Shown piece after piece: positions 1-12,963 of a DNA stretch of 64,000 bases. The notes beneath the pieces were generated by a model. It saw only the letters and a program-made list of their open reading frames with translations, was not told the DNA's origin and searched no databases. The translations under genes were made by a program, and so were the position numbers. Positions within the stretch are counted from its first letter, which is position 1. Each line of letters opens with the position of its first letter. This DNA is from Minutocellus sp. GHC0000111 (taxonomy: Eukaryota), in the NCBI GenBank assembly GCA_977018835.1, contig OZ361258.1, positions 3,906,001-3,970,000 of the forward strand. The letters are read 5' to 3'.

Positions 1-1364
1 TTGGTCAAAATGGGCGGACAGAACAACGCTCCGCCCTTGGATATGGCCTTGAAGTTGTCGAGGTCGGCATCGTTGTCATGCCACGTCCACGGATACAACG
101 ACCCAGGAACAGCTCCTTCGCCCAGCGGTTTCATGCTCTTGTCAATCTTGGATGCCTGGGAAATAGCCTTGCCAAAAGATACGACATCAATCTGCGATGG
201 GAAAAACACCAGGCCGAACTGCACCATCCGCCTCCAACCCTTCTTCCTGGTTTCCTCGGTATCTTGCACAATTTCCTCGATGGAATCGCGGGCATGGAAA
301 AGCATTGCGCGGGGATCTTCCTGAATAATTTTCGGTAGTTCTTCTGTCACGCTCACCACAGTGTCGGTAACCAGCAACGCTTTGGATGGTTTGTGAAACA
401 TGGCCGTTTCTGAGAACGCACCGACGCTCTTGAACTTGAACGGTCCGAGCGTCTCGAAGTCAAAGTCGACGGCCCATTCCGGTACCGGGTCCCGGTCGGC
501 CCAGTACTTGTACCCGGTGTAGATGTGGTCAGTGGGAATTTCTCTCAACTTTTTGCCCCGCTGCGTCACGCCCAGAAATTCAATGGGCAGACCGATGGGG
601 AAGGCCCACTGACCCGGCTGCAGCCATACCGTGGCATTGGGAAATCGCTGCGCGAACGGACCAAACGTCGCCTTGTGCTCGAGTGCGACGGTTCCCAGAA
701 CGATGTGACGGACGGGACCGTGCTCCTTTTCCAGGGCCTTCACCATTTTGATCAGCTGAGGCGTCGGAGCCACGGGATTGTACACCAACAGACCCCCGCC
801 GGCCTCGGGAGAGAGCTTCACCACGGTCTGCCGAACGGGCACGTTGACGTTGACGACGCCCTGAATTTGATCGTGCGTCCATATTTGATTGGGGACGATG
901 GTCTCTTCGACGGTGGCCCGTCGAGTGGACGTGCCAGCGAGAGGGAGGAGGGAGAATGCCACCTTGCCCAGAGGCCACGATACGTCCGTGGCATATTTGG
1001 GCGTGGCAATAGCAGCAGCCGAAGCAGGAGCTGCCGATGCGATGGAGGGACCCAAAACGGACTGCGCGGCGGTAGCGGCCGCGAGGCTGCCAATCTGATT
1101 GATAAAGTTCCGTCGGCCACTTTTGGGTTCCTCGTCGTCACCCGTGCTGCCATCGCCTTCGCTCCTTGGATTTGACATGAAAACACGCGCATGCCGAGAA
1201 TGGCTGGTCTTGCATGCATCGCCGATGCTGCTGCACGGGGCAAAGCCATGCGCCGGTTGAGGAACACCAACCATCATCAACATGAGCAGCACTGGTAGCA
1301 GCACATGGAGGCGAGTGAGCACGTATTGTGATCGCGATTTTGGGCTGCTGCTATTTCGGAGCAT
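1..1364 (-). CDS. DUF4336-family protein, plastid/thylakoid-lumen targeted (3' end runs off the window)
   Basis: Hand translation of a minus frame missing from the ORF track (no stop in window): MLRNSSSPK...VPQPAHG-FAP signal/transit peptide, GRRNF...SIASA twin-Arg-like peptide, then IWTHDQIQGVVNVNVPVRQTVVKL, LLVYNPVAPT, HGPVRHIVLGTVALEHK, FSETAMFHKPSKALLVTD, typical of DUF4336. Confidence 0.8.
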   Translation of the reverse strand, partial: MLRNSSSPKSRSQYVLTRLHVLLPVLLMLMMVGVPQPAHGFAPCSSIGDACKTSHSRHARVFMSNPRSEGDGSTGDDEEPKSGRRNFINQIGSLAAATAAQSVLGPSIASAAPASAAAIATPKYATDVSWPLGKVAFSLLPLAGTSTRRATVEETIVPNQIWTHDQIQGVVNVNVPVRQTVVKLSPEAGGGLLVYNPVAPTPQLIKMVKALEKEHGPVRHIVLGTVALEHKATFGPFAQRFPNATVWLQPGQWAFPIGLPIEFLGVTQRGKKLREIPTDHIYTGYKYWADRDPVPEWAVDFDFETLGPFKFKSVGAFSETAMFHKPSKALLVTDTVVSVTEELPKIIQEDPRAMLFHARDSIEEIVQDTEETRKKGWRRMVQFGLVFFPSQIDVVSFGKAISQASKIDKSMKPLGEGAVPGSLYPWTWHDNDADLDNFKAISKGGALFCPPILT

Positions 1365-1719
1365 CTTCCTCCTTATTCTTTCGTTGGGGGGGCTGATACG
1401 TGTCATCTCTTTGGATATGGTTGCATGATAGTACCTGCCTGCCTGGCTTGATTTGATTTGAAAACTACCTGTCATCGCGAGGCGATGCGTTCGTTCATGC
1501 ATGCGTTCCTTGCGCTGAGTCAGTGCTCTGTGCGTCGCCCGCCCTCATTGCCACGCCATCGATCGCGCCACAAGTTTGATTTGCTTGCTCGCAACTCGCG
1601 CCCGCCGCGTGATGAGATGATCACGCCCTTGTAGCAGTGGCGGATACGCCAGCATTCAGCATGACGACGAGATATTTTCTTCTTTAATCCATTGTGTTTA
1701 GTAGGAGATACATGCATAA

Positions 1720-2091
1720 ATGGGCGGCCACTCGGCCTGGCGCAAACGGCTGGCGGCGGGGGAGCTGGCCAAGCAGTCGGGCGGTGCCATCTGCCGCCAT
1801 CGGCCCCACCTCGGTCGCAAGGGGAAGGACCGCGAGATCGAGCGAAAGGGCAACATCAACGGTGGGCCGAGGAAGAAGAAGCGCAACAAGGCCAAAATTG
1901 ATGCAGAAAATCATAAGCGCCGGAATGATCTGACGTCGCCGTCTTCGCTTGCTTCAGACCCCAATGAGAAGGCAGAAGGTACATTCGTCACCCTAGCGCT
2001 TCAAGCATTTGCCGTCGTTTTGGTTCTCAGCTTCCTCATCTCCTCATTAGTGACCGGTCGTAGCAGCAACAGCAAATCTACTGCAACATGA
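1720..2091 (+). CDS. small basic hypothetical protein with C-terminal hydrophobic (TM) segment
   Basis: 123 aa ATG-started ORF with K/R-rich N-half and a hydrophobic FVTLALQAFAVVLVLSFLISSLV stretch; no family recognised. Confidence 0.35.
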   Translation: MGGHSAWRKRLAAGELAKQSGGAICRHRPHLGRKGKDREIERKGNINGGPRKKKRNKAKIDAENHKRRNDLTSPSSLASDPNEKAEGTFVTLALQAFAVVLVLSFLISSLVTGRSSNSKSTAT

Positions 2092-3894
2092 AGACAGTTT
2101 TGAATTTCCCAAGGATTGCTACGCTCAACCCCCTTATTTTTGGCACGAAGCATAGGTACGTTTTCCAGCAATATGAACTTTTGCTCTTCCGAGTATCTGC
2201 GAACGAACTGCCATGAAACAAACAAACACGAGAGGATGATAGTAAAAACACGTAAACATATGGATCGATAGGACCTAAGTTCATTGAGGAGAAGTTTACT
2301 TTAAGATATATTGACTCTCTTTGTTTGTTCCGTTTCGGTTCGGTTCGTCTCCCGAGATTATGTGGATGACATGTGGCCGGCCCCGCAATGCCTATTTTCT
2401 GCCGATCTAACGAATTTATTTCACACTATACATGTTCCTCATTTGTATTTGCAGGTACCTTGAATGATAAGTAAGTCCGTCCAACATTGGTGTGATTTAT
2501 TCATCGCCCCACAGTACCGGTAGGTTGAGAGGTATGCAGTCGCTGTACACCTGTACGCAGGGCCACCAATATATAATGCTACAAGCGCCCAAGAGAGTGA
2601 AAGCACCGGTGCCAAAGTTTGCACTGGAAACAGTGACGGTATACAAGTGCGATATTGTAGCAAGCGCAAAACGATACGATGGAACCGGCAAGCAAGAAGC
2701 ACTTCTCGTCCATGGATTTGATCGTGCGAGGAATAATGTTTTTTGAAGCTAATCTTTACATCGCACGGGAGCTCGCGGGGACCTGATTAGATAGAAAATG
2801 ACATTATAGACCATCACAGAAAGATTTTCTCGTCGATCACCGATACCATAGTTTCGATGGGTACACATTGCAACTGACCGTGGATCGGGTGGCTTTTATA
2901 TGTAGATCTATTGATTGCCTGTCTTCTTCTTCTTCCAACCAAAGCGGTAGTTGCAGTACGAATATAATAATCAGTGAAGACAGCAGATACGTAAAGTCGC
3001 CAACGAACTTAGGCAATAAATCGCTTCCGGCATTGCTTCGTAGCGGGCAGGTTTTGCTAGTGGAATTCAAAGAAATGTGCCTCGGCAATGAGAATCATGT
3101 GTGACCCATCCGTCGTTCTCTCAATGCCCAAAGGAGATTCCAAGCATCTGAAGCAATACTCTCGACAGATTCATTTATTTGGAGCCAATTTCGTCGAGCA
3201 CGTAGCAATCATGTGCAGTCATTTGCAAATCTCTCTCCATCCATCCAAAGCACCATGCAACCAACAGCACGCTGTCGCAATTCGCAATCGCAAAAACGTG
3301 CAAACCAATGTCATCAAAATTGGTACCTTGCACTTCCATTTCCGACCCTCATTTTTCATTGCCTTGCGGGCCTCCGTTACCAAGGGCTCATACTTGACGA
3401 CCGCTCCGCCGTTGCGTCGGCCACCGGCCCTGATCGCTCGAGCAAGGCAAACGCCAACCTACGGTGAGCTTGGTCGGGCGTCATTGCCTCGGGATGGGTT
3501 GTTCTCCGCCGGCGAACATCGAGGGGGTTTCTCCCCTCTTTCATGAAACGGGGGCAAATTTGACAAAAACGGGGAACTTCCCAGAAATGCGTTTTTTTTT
3601 TTTCAAAAAAGGATTCGATTCTTCGATTGATTCATTCTTCCTTTGTTCCATTTACTCGATTGGCCTATCAAGATGCTGTCTAACGTCTGTCGTAATTGAT
3701 ACGATCTGCTCAATTCATTTCTTCTATTCCCCTTTGCCTTTGGCCACAGTCAAATCGCTGCCCAGTTCCTCTCTTTCTCTCAGCTGCTCGGTGGAGGTGT
3801 CCTCGGCTGGCCTTGCCCCAATCGTCCATTGTTGACAGAAAAATCACGTTGGTAACGACGGTGCATCGGCCGCGCTTTACACACAGAGGCAAAG

Positions 3895-6813
3895 ATGTCA
3901 GTTTCCTCCTCTTCGTCGTCTGACTTTAGCGCTCCTCCTGGCCGACTTTCCAGTGGAGCCAGCGGAGCTACTTCCGGAGCAGCGGCGGCAGCAGCAGATC
4001 AGCCACAGCCTGCCATCGATAGTAGCGATGACGATGCCAGTCGAGAGATGAACGTGACCAACGCCCAACTCGACCAAAGCCCATCGTCTTTGAAATCGAA
4101 TGATGCGGCGGGCAATGCCGCCAAGCGCGATATTTCTGCTATCGATACCTCGTCGAAGGAACCACCACCGAAGAAAGTTGCTGCCGATCCTTCCGAGACG
4201 ACATCAGGTAGCGACGAAAAAGCAGCAACGTCGGCGGGTGGATCTGCGGTGCCATCGCTGGCGCTGACTGCCACTGGCGGGTCTTTGAACGATATGCCCA
4301 AGTGCGACCCAGCCTTTGCTGCCCGAGTCAACCTTGACCCAGTCCCTCCGGCCAAGCCTCTGCCGAAGTTGTCCCATCGTGATATTGCCGAGCTTGAGCT
4401 TGTAAGTATTGTGGCAGCTTTGCATGTGCCGCTTCATATCGTATATTTGTATTCTTTCAATCACTCACATAAACCTTTTCTACCCTTCCTACGCGCATCG
4501 TTGTCACTGATTGCGCACAGGCTCTGCAAATTGGTGATCAATGGGATCATTCCGACGAGAGCACTTGGAGAGAGGATTGGAGTGGGAATCTTCAGCTCAT
4601 TGACAAGGAATTGATTATGAATAAGGACCAGCTCGCCCAAGATCCCTCCACCAAGACGATCGAGGTGTCCTTCTGCGACTGGGCAACCAAGAATGCAAAA
4701 AACGAAAACGATTTCCGACCGATCCGTCTACTCTTCTCCTACATCTACCATATGGAAGGCACTCCGCCGATGGCTCAGAGGTTGTTGGCACATTCGCTAT
4801 CCCAGCCTGCCGAATCGGTCCAGCAGCGTCGAGAGCATATCCTCGAGGCCGTCCGACGCATTTCGTACGATTCAACCGTTTTGAACGAGGATGGCTGGAC
4901 CACAGAAAAGGCCGAGACACCGGAGGGAGCCTCGGGTGGTGCCTTCATGATCGGTCGCCGTGTCATTTGGGAACGGTACGAGGCAATTATCATTGCCTAC
5001 GTCCATGATGAGGACCTGGGCGATCTATGGAAGGCAATGTGGCTCGAGGATCTCGATACCTTTGACCTCGAGGCCGACGAGCTGCAGGGAGCCATCAAAA
5101 AGGGGCCTTCTCCTTAGCGTATCAGCTTCAATCGATGCATCTGCGAGCGTTTCCCAGCGCAAGGAGAAATTGAGATTATGCCTGAGCAACTGCCTCATTC
5201 TCAAGGTAAGTCATTGCGTTGGCATTGTTTTCATTGCATCTTTTTTTCTAGAGCTGTTCTCTTCCGTATGGTATGTGTGTAGTTGCCTAATTTACTTTTT
5301 GTATCTCCAAACAATATATTGTCGTCTTCACTAGGGCCACGGCGAGGATTTCATCGTTGATGCGGAATTGCCAAATGGAATCGACCGCAAAATAGCCCTC
5401 AAGGAATGGAGCAAAACCTGTGAGCGCGTCTACAAGCGTGCTTCCGTCGAATATTCTACCGAAGGGCTCGGCAACGGCGTTACTGTAGTCATCACCGATT
5501 CCAGGTGCAACCAGCACATTACCGCCAATGGAAGCTTTGAGAGGGCAGTCCGTCTTCCGGCCGCTATCAGCGGCGCAAAGAAGGCAGGGGCCGGTACGAC
5601 CAAGAACTTCCCTCTCATCAACACCGTTGAGGATCAGTATGTTGAAGTAGCTGAGAAGTCGATTCTGCCCAAGGCTCACAAACACTCCTACTTGAAAAGA
5701 CTCAAAAACAAGATTGCGGCACTGCCCTCAGATGCCAAGGGTGTGCCGCTGACGGATGATTCCGACGGCGATGGCGGTGAGGATACCATGGGCTCTCGGG
5801 GCTCCTTCACAGCGGCCGTCGTCGGGGTTGCCGCTGCGCTCAAGGCCACCGATATGGTAGTAGGGGGGCAGTGTGTCAATGCATTTTGTGCCATACGCCC
5901 TCCTGGACATCATGCCGGGAGGGAGCTGAGGCCGATGAAGGCCATATCCAATGGCTTCTGTCTTCTGAACGCCGCAGCTTCGGCGGCAATCTATGCCACG
6001 ACGCCACGATCGGAGGGAGGTCTAGGCCTCAAAAGAGCGTGCGTTATTGACTTTGACGTCCACCATGGCAACGGCACTCAAGACATTCTGGCTTCAACTC
6101 ACGACCCTCGTTTCCTGTACGTGTCGCTGCACGCCGGAGGAGCTCACATCAATGGGTATGAAGAGCTTGGAGAGTCCGACGATGGATTGTACCGCCACAG
6201 TCTAGGAACCAGTAAGAACGAAGGGATTTTCCCAGGTCGCTGTGGTGATACTTCTCCCCATCCCGGGGTTCTCAATATTCCGCTGGGACAAAAGGTGACC
6301 CCAGCGGCAGTGGGCCAGGCCTTGGTATCGCAGGTTTCGCCTGCCGTTGAGAAGTTCAACCCTGATATTATCATATTATCGGCGGGGTTCGATGCGCATG
6401 TAAATGATCCCCTGGGAATGGGCGGTCTTTCCGCTTCCGACTTTGGCAGCGTCACTGACATTGCGTGCCAAATCGCGTTCAAATCTTGCAGTGGTCGCCT
6501 TCTTTCCGTGCTAGAAGGAGGCTATGGCGTCCCGTGCTGTACTCCTCAGAAAGACCTTTTTCTTCCCGAGGGCGTGCCACCCCTCCCACAACCACGCTTG
6601 ATTGATCTTGGTGACGACCTGCCACCAGACATGGATGATCAGACACCTGAGGCCCTGAGACAAAGATTAGATCGGTGCCACCTGGAAGGATTCCGTGAGG
6701 CTGTGCAAGCGCATACTGCGTCGCTCGCTAAAAGCAACCAAAGGGCGTCTCAGCCCACAGCAAAGCAAACCGTAGCATCTGCCGGTACCCCAACCGGGGG
6801 CGTCGTGTTATGA
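3895..6813 (+). CDS. histone deacetylase (class II-like) with long N-terminal extension; introns 4402..4520 and 5206..5334; apparent frameshift near 5100
   Basis: Intact HDAC motifs RPPGHHA, NGFC, IDFDVHHGNGTQ, SLH, FPG, SAGFDAH, VLEGGY in the 5368..6813 frame. GTAAGT...AG introns join the upstream ORFs in frame. The frame switches at the AAAAAGGGG run near 5097-5105. Confidence 0.85.
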
Positions 6814-7188
6814 TTTCGGTAATCAAATTAGTTGTGAATCGATTGATGTTATTGGTAATTGTAGGGTCATTACTACTATCTCTTAGATCTACATGCCAGC
6901 ATTAAAACAAATGCAGTGAGATTCTTCATTGCTGACTTGGACCCCGTGGCCTTCTTGGCTGCCGAGGCCGCATCTCGCTTCCAAGCCTCAGAAACCTTCA
7001 AGGTGCCAAGAATCAGTTTCCAGTACGCATACAACTCCGATTGCGCTGCCACTGAACAACTTCTTGGTGCCACCAAGTCCTGAGCTCACTTTTGTGGTGT
7101 CCGAGTCAAGTGTATTTGTATCAATTATTTTAACACCGCGCAAGTAGAGTAGTACTCGCTAGATCTAGACTCTTTCTATATGTTTAGT

Positions 7189-8529
7189 CTATTGATCAAA
7201 GACATTCAATCCCTTCTGGAAGCGGTAGGTGTCAGTCTCGGCCTCCTTGGCGGCGGCACGCCACTGCTCTCTCCAATTGGACCCGGCGGGGGGGAGAGGG
7301 CGATCGTTCAGCAGCGCCTCGATGTCGTCCTGTATGTCCTTGGGCTCGTACTTGCGGGGATATCTCCTCACGGGCCGACCGTTGACGACCAGAAACTTCT
7401 CAAAGTTGCCCCGAATGCGGCCCAGCCCATCCGGCGCCCGTCCGGTGCCCTGAATCCACCTCCAGAAGGGATGCGCCCCGGTACCCAGCAGGTTGACCTT
7501 GTCGGTAACGATGGTGGCCGGGTTGATCCCGTATCCATACTCCTGAGCCAGCTTCAAGCCGATGAGCTGAGAAGTGTCAGGCTGTGTGTGTTTTGTGTGT
7601 GGAGCGGACAAGTTAGACAAAGTGCATGGGTTGGCTCACAAGGAATTGTAAATGTAGTCAAGTGACACAAACATGAATCTTGAAGGCTTTTGAACTGTCT
7701 CTCGAACAAGCCATCTACGCAGCCCAACGAGAAATTGCTAACACTACACTAGCTAGCTACGTTCAACTCAACTCACCTCGTAGTATCCCTGATCAGTGGG
7801 GGAGCAAACCACGGCAAAGTCCCCCTCCCGACCAAACTTGCTGGCCAGTGCAATGAGCTCGGGGATGTTCTTCCGTGCCACGACGTCGTCCTGCTTGATG
7901 TTGACGAACAGCACGACCTTGGGCTGCTTCTTGCCCCCGTCCTCACCGCCACCCTTGTCGGCCCGAGCCAGCAGATCCGTCATGGGAGTATCAAATCCCT
8001 TCATGGGCAGGTCAAAGTCGTACATGATCCTGGTGTCGGCGTTGCCACTGCTGGCAGTAGTGGCTCCAGATCCAGAGGGAGAACCGACCGTCGTCGGGGA
8101 GGCAATCTCGGCCTCCTCCAAGGCCTTCTTCTGTTCGTCCGCGACCGTCTTGGAAAGGCGAGCCGCTCGGCTGGCGATGGATTCGACCGCCGAATCGTCC
8201 GCCAGGGCAGCATTGTTAGCAGTGGGGATCATCGACAACAGCCCGGCCGACCATGCGGCAGAGGCAGATTGGGAGAGAAAGCTGCGCCGGCTGCCTTCTT
8301 CGACTTCTCCGTGGCAAATGTTCTCAAAATGATTGCGCTCAATTTCGTCCCGTCCGCTACTTCTGGCCAAAAGGTTGGTCACGCAAGCACTACTAGCAGC
8401 CGTTCTCCACTGGGTCGAAGAAGTGGAGGACGCTGGTGCAAATGCCGCGGCCGCCGGAATCGATGCGGCGAAAAGAGCGGCAGCAGCGCAAGCCGCCAGA
8501 ATGCAGGGAATGATCCGTCTGGTGATCAT
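7189..8529 (-). CDS. glutathione-peroxidase-fold protein, plastid/lumen targeted, lacking the canonical peroxidatic Cys/Sec; intron 7582..7776
   Basis: AAA-FAP bipartite peptide and SRRSFL twin-Arg-like segment. GPX-like motifs MYDFDL, KVVLFVN, FAVVCSPTDQGYYE|PD, KVNLLGTGAHPFWRWI, IRGNFEKFLV. The GTGAGT...CAG intron joins the two ORFs in frame. Confidence 0.75.
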
Positions 8530-9005
8530 GGCCTAATCAGAGTGATTCAATGATATAATGCCGGAATATTTAAGGCTATGCAGTCAAGTCTCAAGGCAGG
8601 TATCGGCATGTATCTCTATCTCTCCAGCCTCAAAATGAAAGGTTCAATGACGTGCTCACTTGGGATTGGTGCGTCGCACAATTACTCAATAATTTATGCG
8701 GTTTTGATCAAAACCAACCAGTTCCCAACCTCTCTATTAACCCCCAGCCCAAATGAGTAAATTTGAGCTCGGGCTTCTAACAGCTGTGCGATGCACATAT
8801 CAATTCCGGCGACCAGCTCACTGAAGCATGCAGCTTTAGTATATGTGCGACGTAGCTAGACTCTAATTTATATGCAATGTTTAGCAATTCCTTTCCACAT
8901 TATTATCCATGATGTGGGGAACCCAAAAAATTTATCAATCGATCGATACCGTTATCGGTAGATCTTACTCGTGAGAGTGAATGCTTGCATTCAAAACTCT
9001 CTCGC

Positions 9006-11878
9006 TTATTCCTCCGACGCCGTCAGTGCCGCCATGTAGGCCTTGTACAGCATGTTCTTGGCGATCTCGGCCTTTTGGTGGGGGTCCAGCTCGGCAACGA
9101 CGGGGGGAGGCCGATGGGCACGGCCATGGTGCTCACGGGTGCTCCCGCGGCGGGAGTTACTGCCGTGGGGAGAGTGGTGTGTTGCATCGGCAACAGGCCG
9201 GTGGGAGCAACGACGGTACTGGCCGGCTGTTGCTCCGCCATGCTTCCTGTGGTGGTAGTCGTCGAAACGGAGGCCGCTGCCGATAGAGATACGAGGTCCA
9301 GGCCCATGGCGGTGCGAATGGCCGAAGGAGGTTGTGGTCCGCCCGGGGGAGGGACCGTATCTCCCTTCCTGCGCTTGTTGGGCTGGACGATGGTACCGTC
9401 GGGCCCGGGAGCGGGCATGCCGAGGGGGACGAGCTGCGGATTGCCAGCCGGAGAGCGCCTCTTCTGCTGGGCCGCGGCAATGTTCGCCAGGAGGGCATCG
9501 TACACTCCCGGTGCCGGATACTGCGGCTGCTGCGATGGAGCGATGGGCAACGAGGCACCACCCCCGAGAGCTCCGAGTATACTCTGTGTTACACTCTGAG
9601 CCTGGGCCTGGACTTGAGCCTGTGGTGGTCAGACTGTTCTTGCGCGACACGGACGACGCCGACGTGATGGCCGACACGTCGTCGTTGGCCGTGGTGTGGT
9701 AGCTGGGAATGCCGAGGTAGGATCCGGTGTTGGGCACCTGCTGCTGCTGCAGAGCCTGCTGCGTCGCATGCGCCCCCACCGTGATGGCGGCGGCGGTAGC
9801 CGCGGCGGCGGCCGCAGCGGCCGCAACCGCAAAGGCCTCGGGGGTATCGCTCACCATGGGGACCTTCGCGCCCTTCGATTTCTTGCTGCCCCTGGACGAC
9901 GATGAAGATGACGACGACGACGAGGATCGTTTGCTGCTGCTGCTGCTGGTGCTGCTACCCTTCTTCCTCTTCTTGCTGCCCTTGTCGCGTTTCTTACCGT
10001 CTCTACTGCTGCTGCTACTACCAGTACCACCTCTGCCACTGCCGCTGCCGCCGCTCCTGCTGGTGGTTGGCTTGGGAGAGTCCGGAGGAGACACGCTCAC
10101 GTCGCGGGCGGGGTCGACTCCCGAGGTCCCGGTGCCGGGACCGCCGGTGGCCACGACGGGCACCGGCACCTTCATGGGGGCGGCGGCGGCAGCTGGAGTA
10201 CGAGCGGTGGTGACGACCGAGGACGGGGCCGTGACCGTCATGGCAGAGGGTGGCGGCAACCCCAGGGCCCCTGCGACCAACCCCAGCGGCGGCGGCGGCG
10301 GTGGGGGTCCTGCCAGCATACCGCCGAGCAAATGACCTGGGTGGTGTCCGGGAGCCCGACCTTGGCTTGCAAGACCGCCCTGAAGCTGAGCCTGGGCACG
10401 AGGCTGCACCTGTGCCTGCACCTGAGCCTGCTGCAGGGGTCGGGGCAGGGTCAGTCCCTTGGCGGCCGCGGCGACGGCCATTTGCTCCTGGTACGGCTGG
10501 TCGTAGATCGACGGGGGGACGACGATGCCCCTCGCGTGGAGCATGTCGATGCCCGACAGTTGGTTGGAGGAGTTCTTCTTGGCAGTGTTGGTAGCGGTGG
10601 GATGCTTCGTAGACGACTGGGTACCGTTGGTATTGTTGTTACCGGCAGCAGCACTGGCAGCAGCACTGGCACCGGCCGCAACCGCCGCTCGGACATTCGC
10701 CGCCGCCACGGCCTTGGCCGCCCCCCGCGCCTGCTTGGCGCATTCCATCCCCATGCACAGCTCGGGCAGATCCCTGCGAAACAGATGATGGTGGAAGGCC
10801 CCGGCGTCGGGACCTCGGGAGATCTGCCGGAACCCCCACCGGTTGAGCTTGCGGGTGAAGGAGGGGTACTTGGCGGCCGTGGCGGCCCGTTCGATCCGGG
10901 CTCGGCGGCGGGGCTTGCCCTGGGTGGGGGCGGGGTTGTTGTTGCTGTTGTTGCTGGGGTTGTTGTTGCCAGCATCGTTGTTAGATCTAGTAGCAGCAGC
11001 AGCCGTAGTATTGCCGCTCCCAGAACCAGAATTGCCGCTGCTGCCGTTGCCGCCACAGGCACTCTCGGGAAAGTACAGCGGCAGGACGTTGTCGGCAAAC
11101 ACCTCGGGCTGCAAGATGACAAAGGACTGGCCGTGGGGCAGCCACGTGATGACGGACTTGATGGTGGCGTCGGCCAGCATCCGCATCAGGCGGCGGGGGA
11201 AGGTTTCGCGGGGTGTTGACGTCGAAGTGGTGGAATTCGACGACGGAGGACGGGAGTTGCTGCCTGACGAGGCCGAGGCCGAGGTCGAGGCGGAGGTCGA
11301 GACTAAGGTCGGCGAAGCGGAGGCCGACGAAGCCTTCTTGGCGTTCTTATTATTCTTCTTCGACGCGCGCAGGGACGACTGGGTGGGCAGCTTCGGGTGG
11401 GCCCTGCGCTGCCGGCGGCGTCGCTTTCTTCTTCTTCTTGCCGTGGGTATTGGCATTGCTGTTGGCATTGGCATTGCCGGCGGCGCCCGAGGAAGGCACT
11501 AGTAGAGGGCCGGCGGCAGTATCGGCAGGCCCACCACTGCCGGTAGCGCAGGCGCTGGCAGCGGTAGCGATACCGGCGATGCGACCGTTGTTGGCATCGG
11601 CATCGGCATCGGCGGCAACGGACGGCATCGCCACCTGCTTGTGCGCTTGCGGACCGCCTTCGCCGTTGCCATTGCCGTTGTCGCTGCATGTACCGGGATG
11701 GCGCGCGACGGCGGCGGCGGCCTCCGCCAGCGACGAGAGGGCGGTCGCCGCCTCCATCAGATGGAACAGGTCATCGTTGCTGTTGTTGGCGTTGTTGCTA
11801 CCGGTAGTGCTGGGATTGCTGCCATTGCCACTTTCGGCGGCCGTCGAAGAAGCAGGGACGGAAGAGTCCGCCATGATG
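9006..11878 (-). CDS. heat-shock-factor (HSF) DNA-binding domain transcription factor, low-complexity; several apparent frameshifts (~11400, ~9580, ~9105)
   Basis: HSF DBD motifs TFPRRLMRML, ITWLPHGQSFVILQPEVFADNVLPLYF, KYPSFTRKLNRWGFRQI, AFHHHLFRRDLPELC. The N-terminal segment (DLFHLMEAATALSSL) and a protein-like stretch near the C-terminus are in other frames. Confidence 0.85.
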
Positions 11879-12366
11879 TAGGATGCCAAGGGTACGGATG
11901 CAATGGGAAATGGGAGGATGTGGGAGGAATTTTCGGGCAACAAGGCAGCGAAGCGAAGGTCTGATTCATTCACTTGACTTTGCCTACGTGTACTGCGAAT
12001 GTTGTTGTTATGGTGTCTTCTGTGTCGGATGGGATTTATTTATGGATATGTAGCTATGTGTGCCTTCTGGCAATAAAACAATCAATGCTGCCTTTGCCAG
12101 ATACTACTAGTAGTACATACACAACTGCGTGGAACAACCTTGTCTCTGACGAACGTCAATAGAGTGGCTGCCTCTGCCCGCCTTCGCTGATGATGAGGAA
12201 GGTCTGCCAGCTGGCTTTTTCTCTTCGCTTCAAGCGCCTTGCTTCTTCTTCGTCGCGTCTTCGTCTGGTGTCTGCCGGGTCTGCTGCCGTGGCGTGTTTC
12301 TTGGCTTTCTTTCTTGCAGTCTGTCACACGTCCCGATCTTTTCGGAAAGCCAATTCCAAATAATGG

Positions 12367-12403
12367 TGACGTCAAGTAATGGTCCGTCGAAAGAGTGACG
12401 TCA
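12367..12403. promoter_or_regulatory. two palindromic TGACGTCA (CRE/aureo-box-like bZIP) sites
   Basis: TGACGTCA at 12367-12374 and 12396-12403, in the divergent intergenic region between the HSF gene and the selenoprotein gene. Confidence 0.4.
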
Positions 12404-12963
12404 TGATCCGCATGGTGCATGTGCACGAGCAAATGGAGAATTTGACAGGCAGAAGCTACTAGCTAGTACTACGTAGGCCTAGTAAGTGGACCCATTGTGT
12501 GAGCCCCTTGACGCGCTTGAGCACACTTGACGCCCAACAGCTGCAGGGATATTTTTGCTATTTTTGTTGCCTTGACTTTCGATTTCGCGACGAAAATGAA
12601 TTTCGCGTGCGTCACCCCCCATTTTCACGTCCCCGAACATTTCCATTCAGCCAGCCAACGAGGGTACTTCTATCATTGGCTGCAACGCGAGCGCGCGCAA
12701 AAGGCTCTTTGGCCACACTCAGCATCTCCCAACTCGGCTCTTTTTGGCCCATCGAACAACCCTCCTGGCCCTTGGAAAGACGCACGCATGCCTGATTATT
12801 TGGCAGACGAATTAATTTTATCAGTTCTGCTTCAGCCACACATACAGCAAGCGCCGAGAGGATCCACGGCCTAGCTAGAGCCTGGATTCGTTTTCGAGAT
12901 CCCAGCTTGGGTTCGACTCATCACAGCTCCGCAAGCACGAAGTAGCCAGCCACCGAACAAAAC

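Noticed and set aside
2300..3550. AT-richer stretch with several short ORFs (possible gene or TE remnant)
   Set aside because: No recognisable motif, splice pattern or terminal repeats in the frames I translated; left unannotated.
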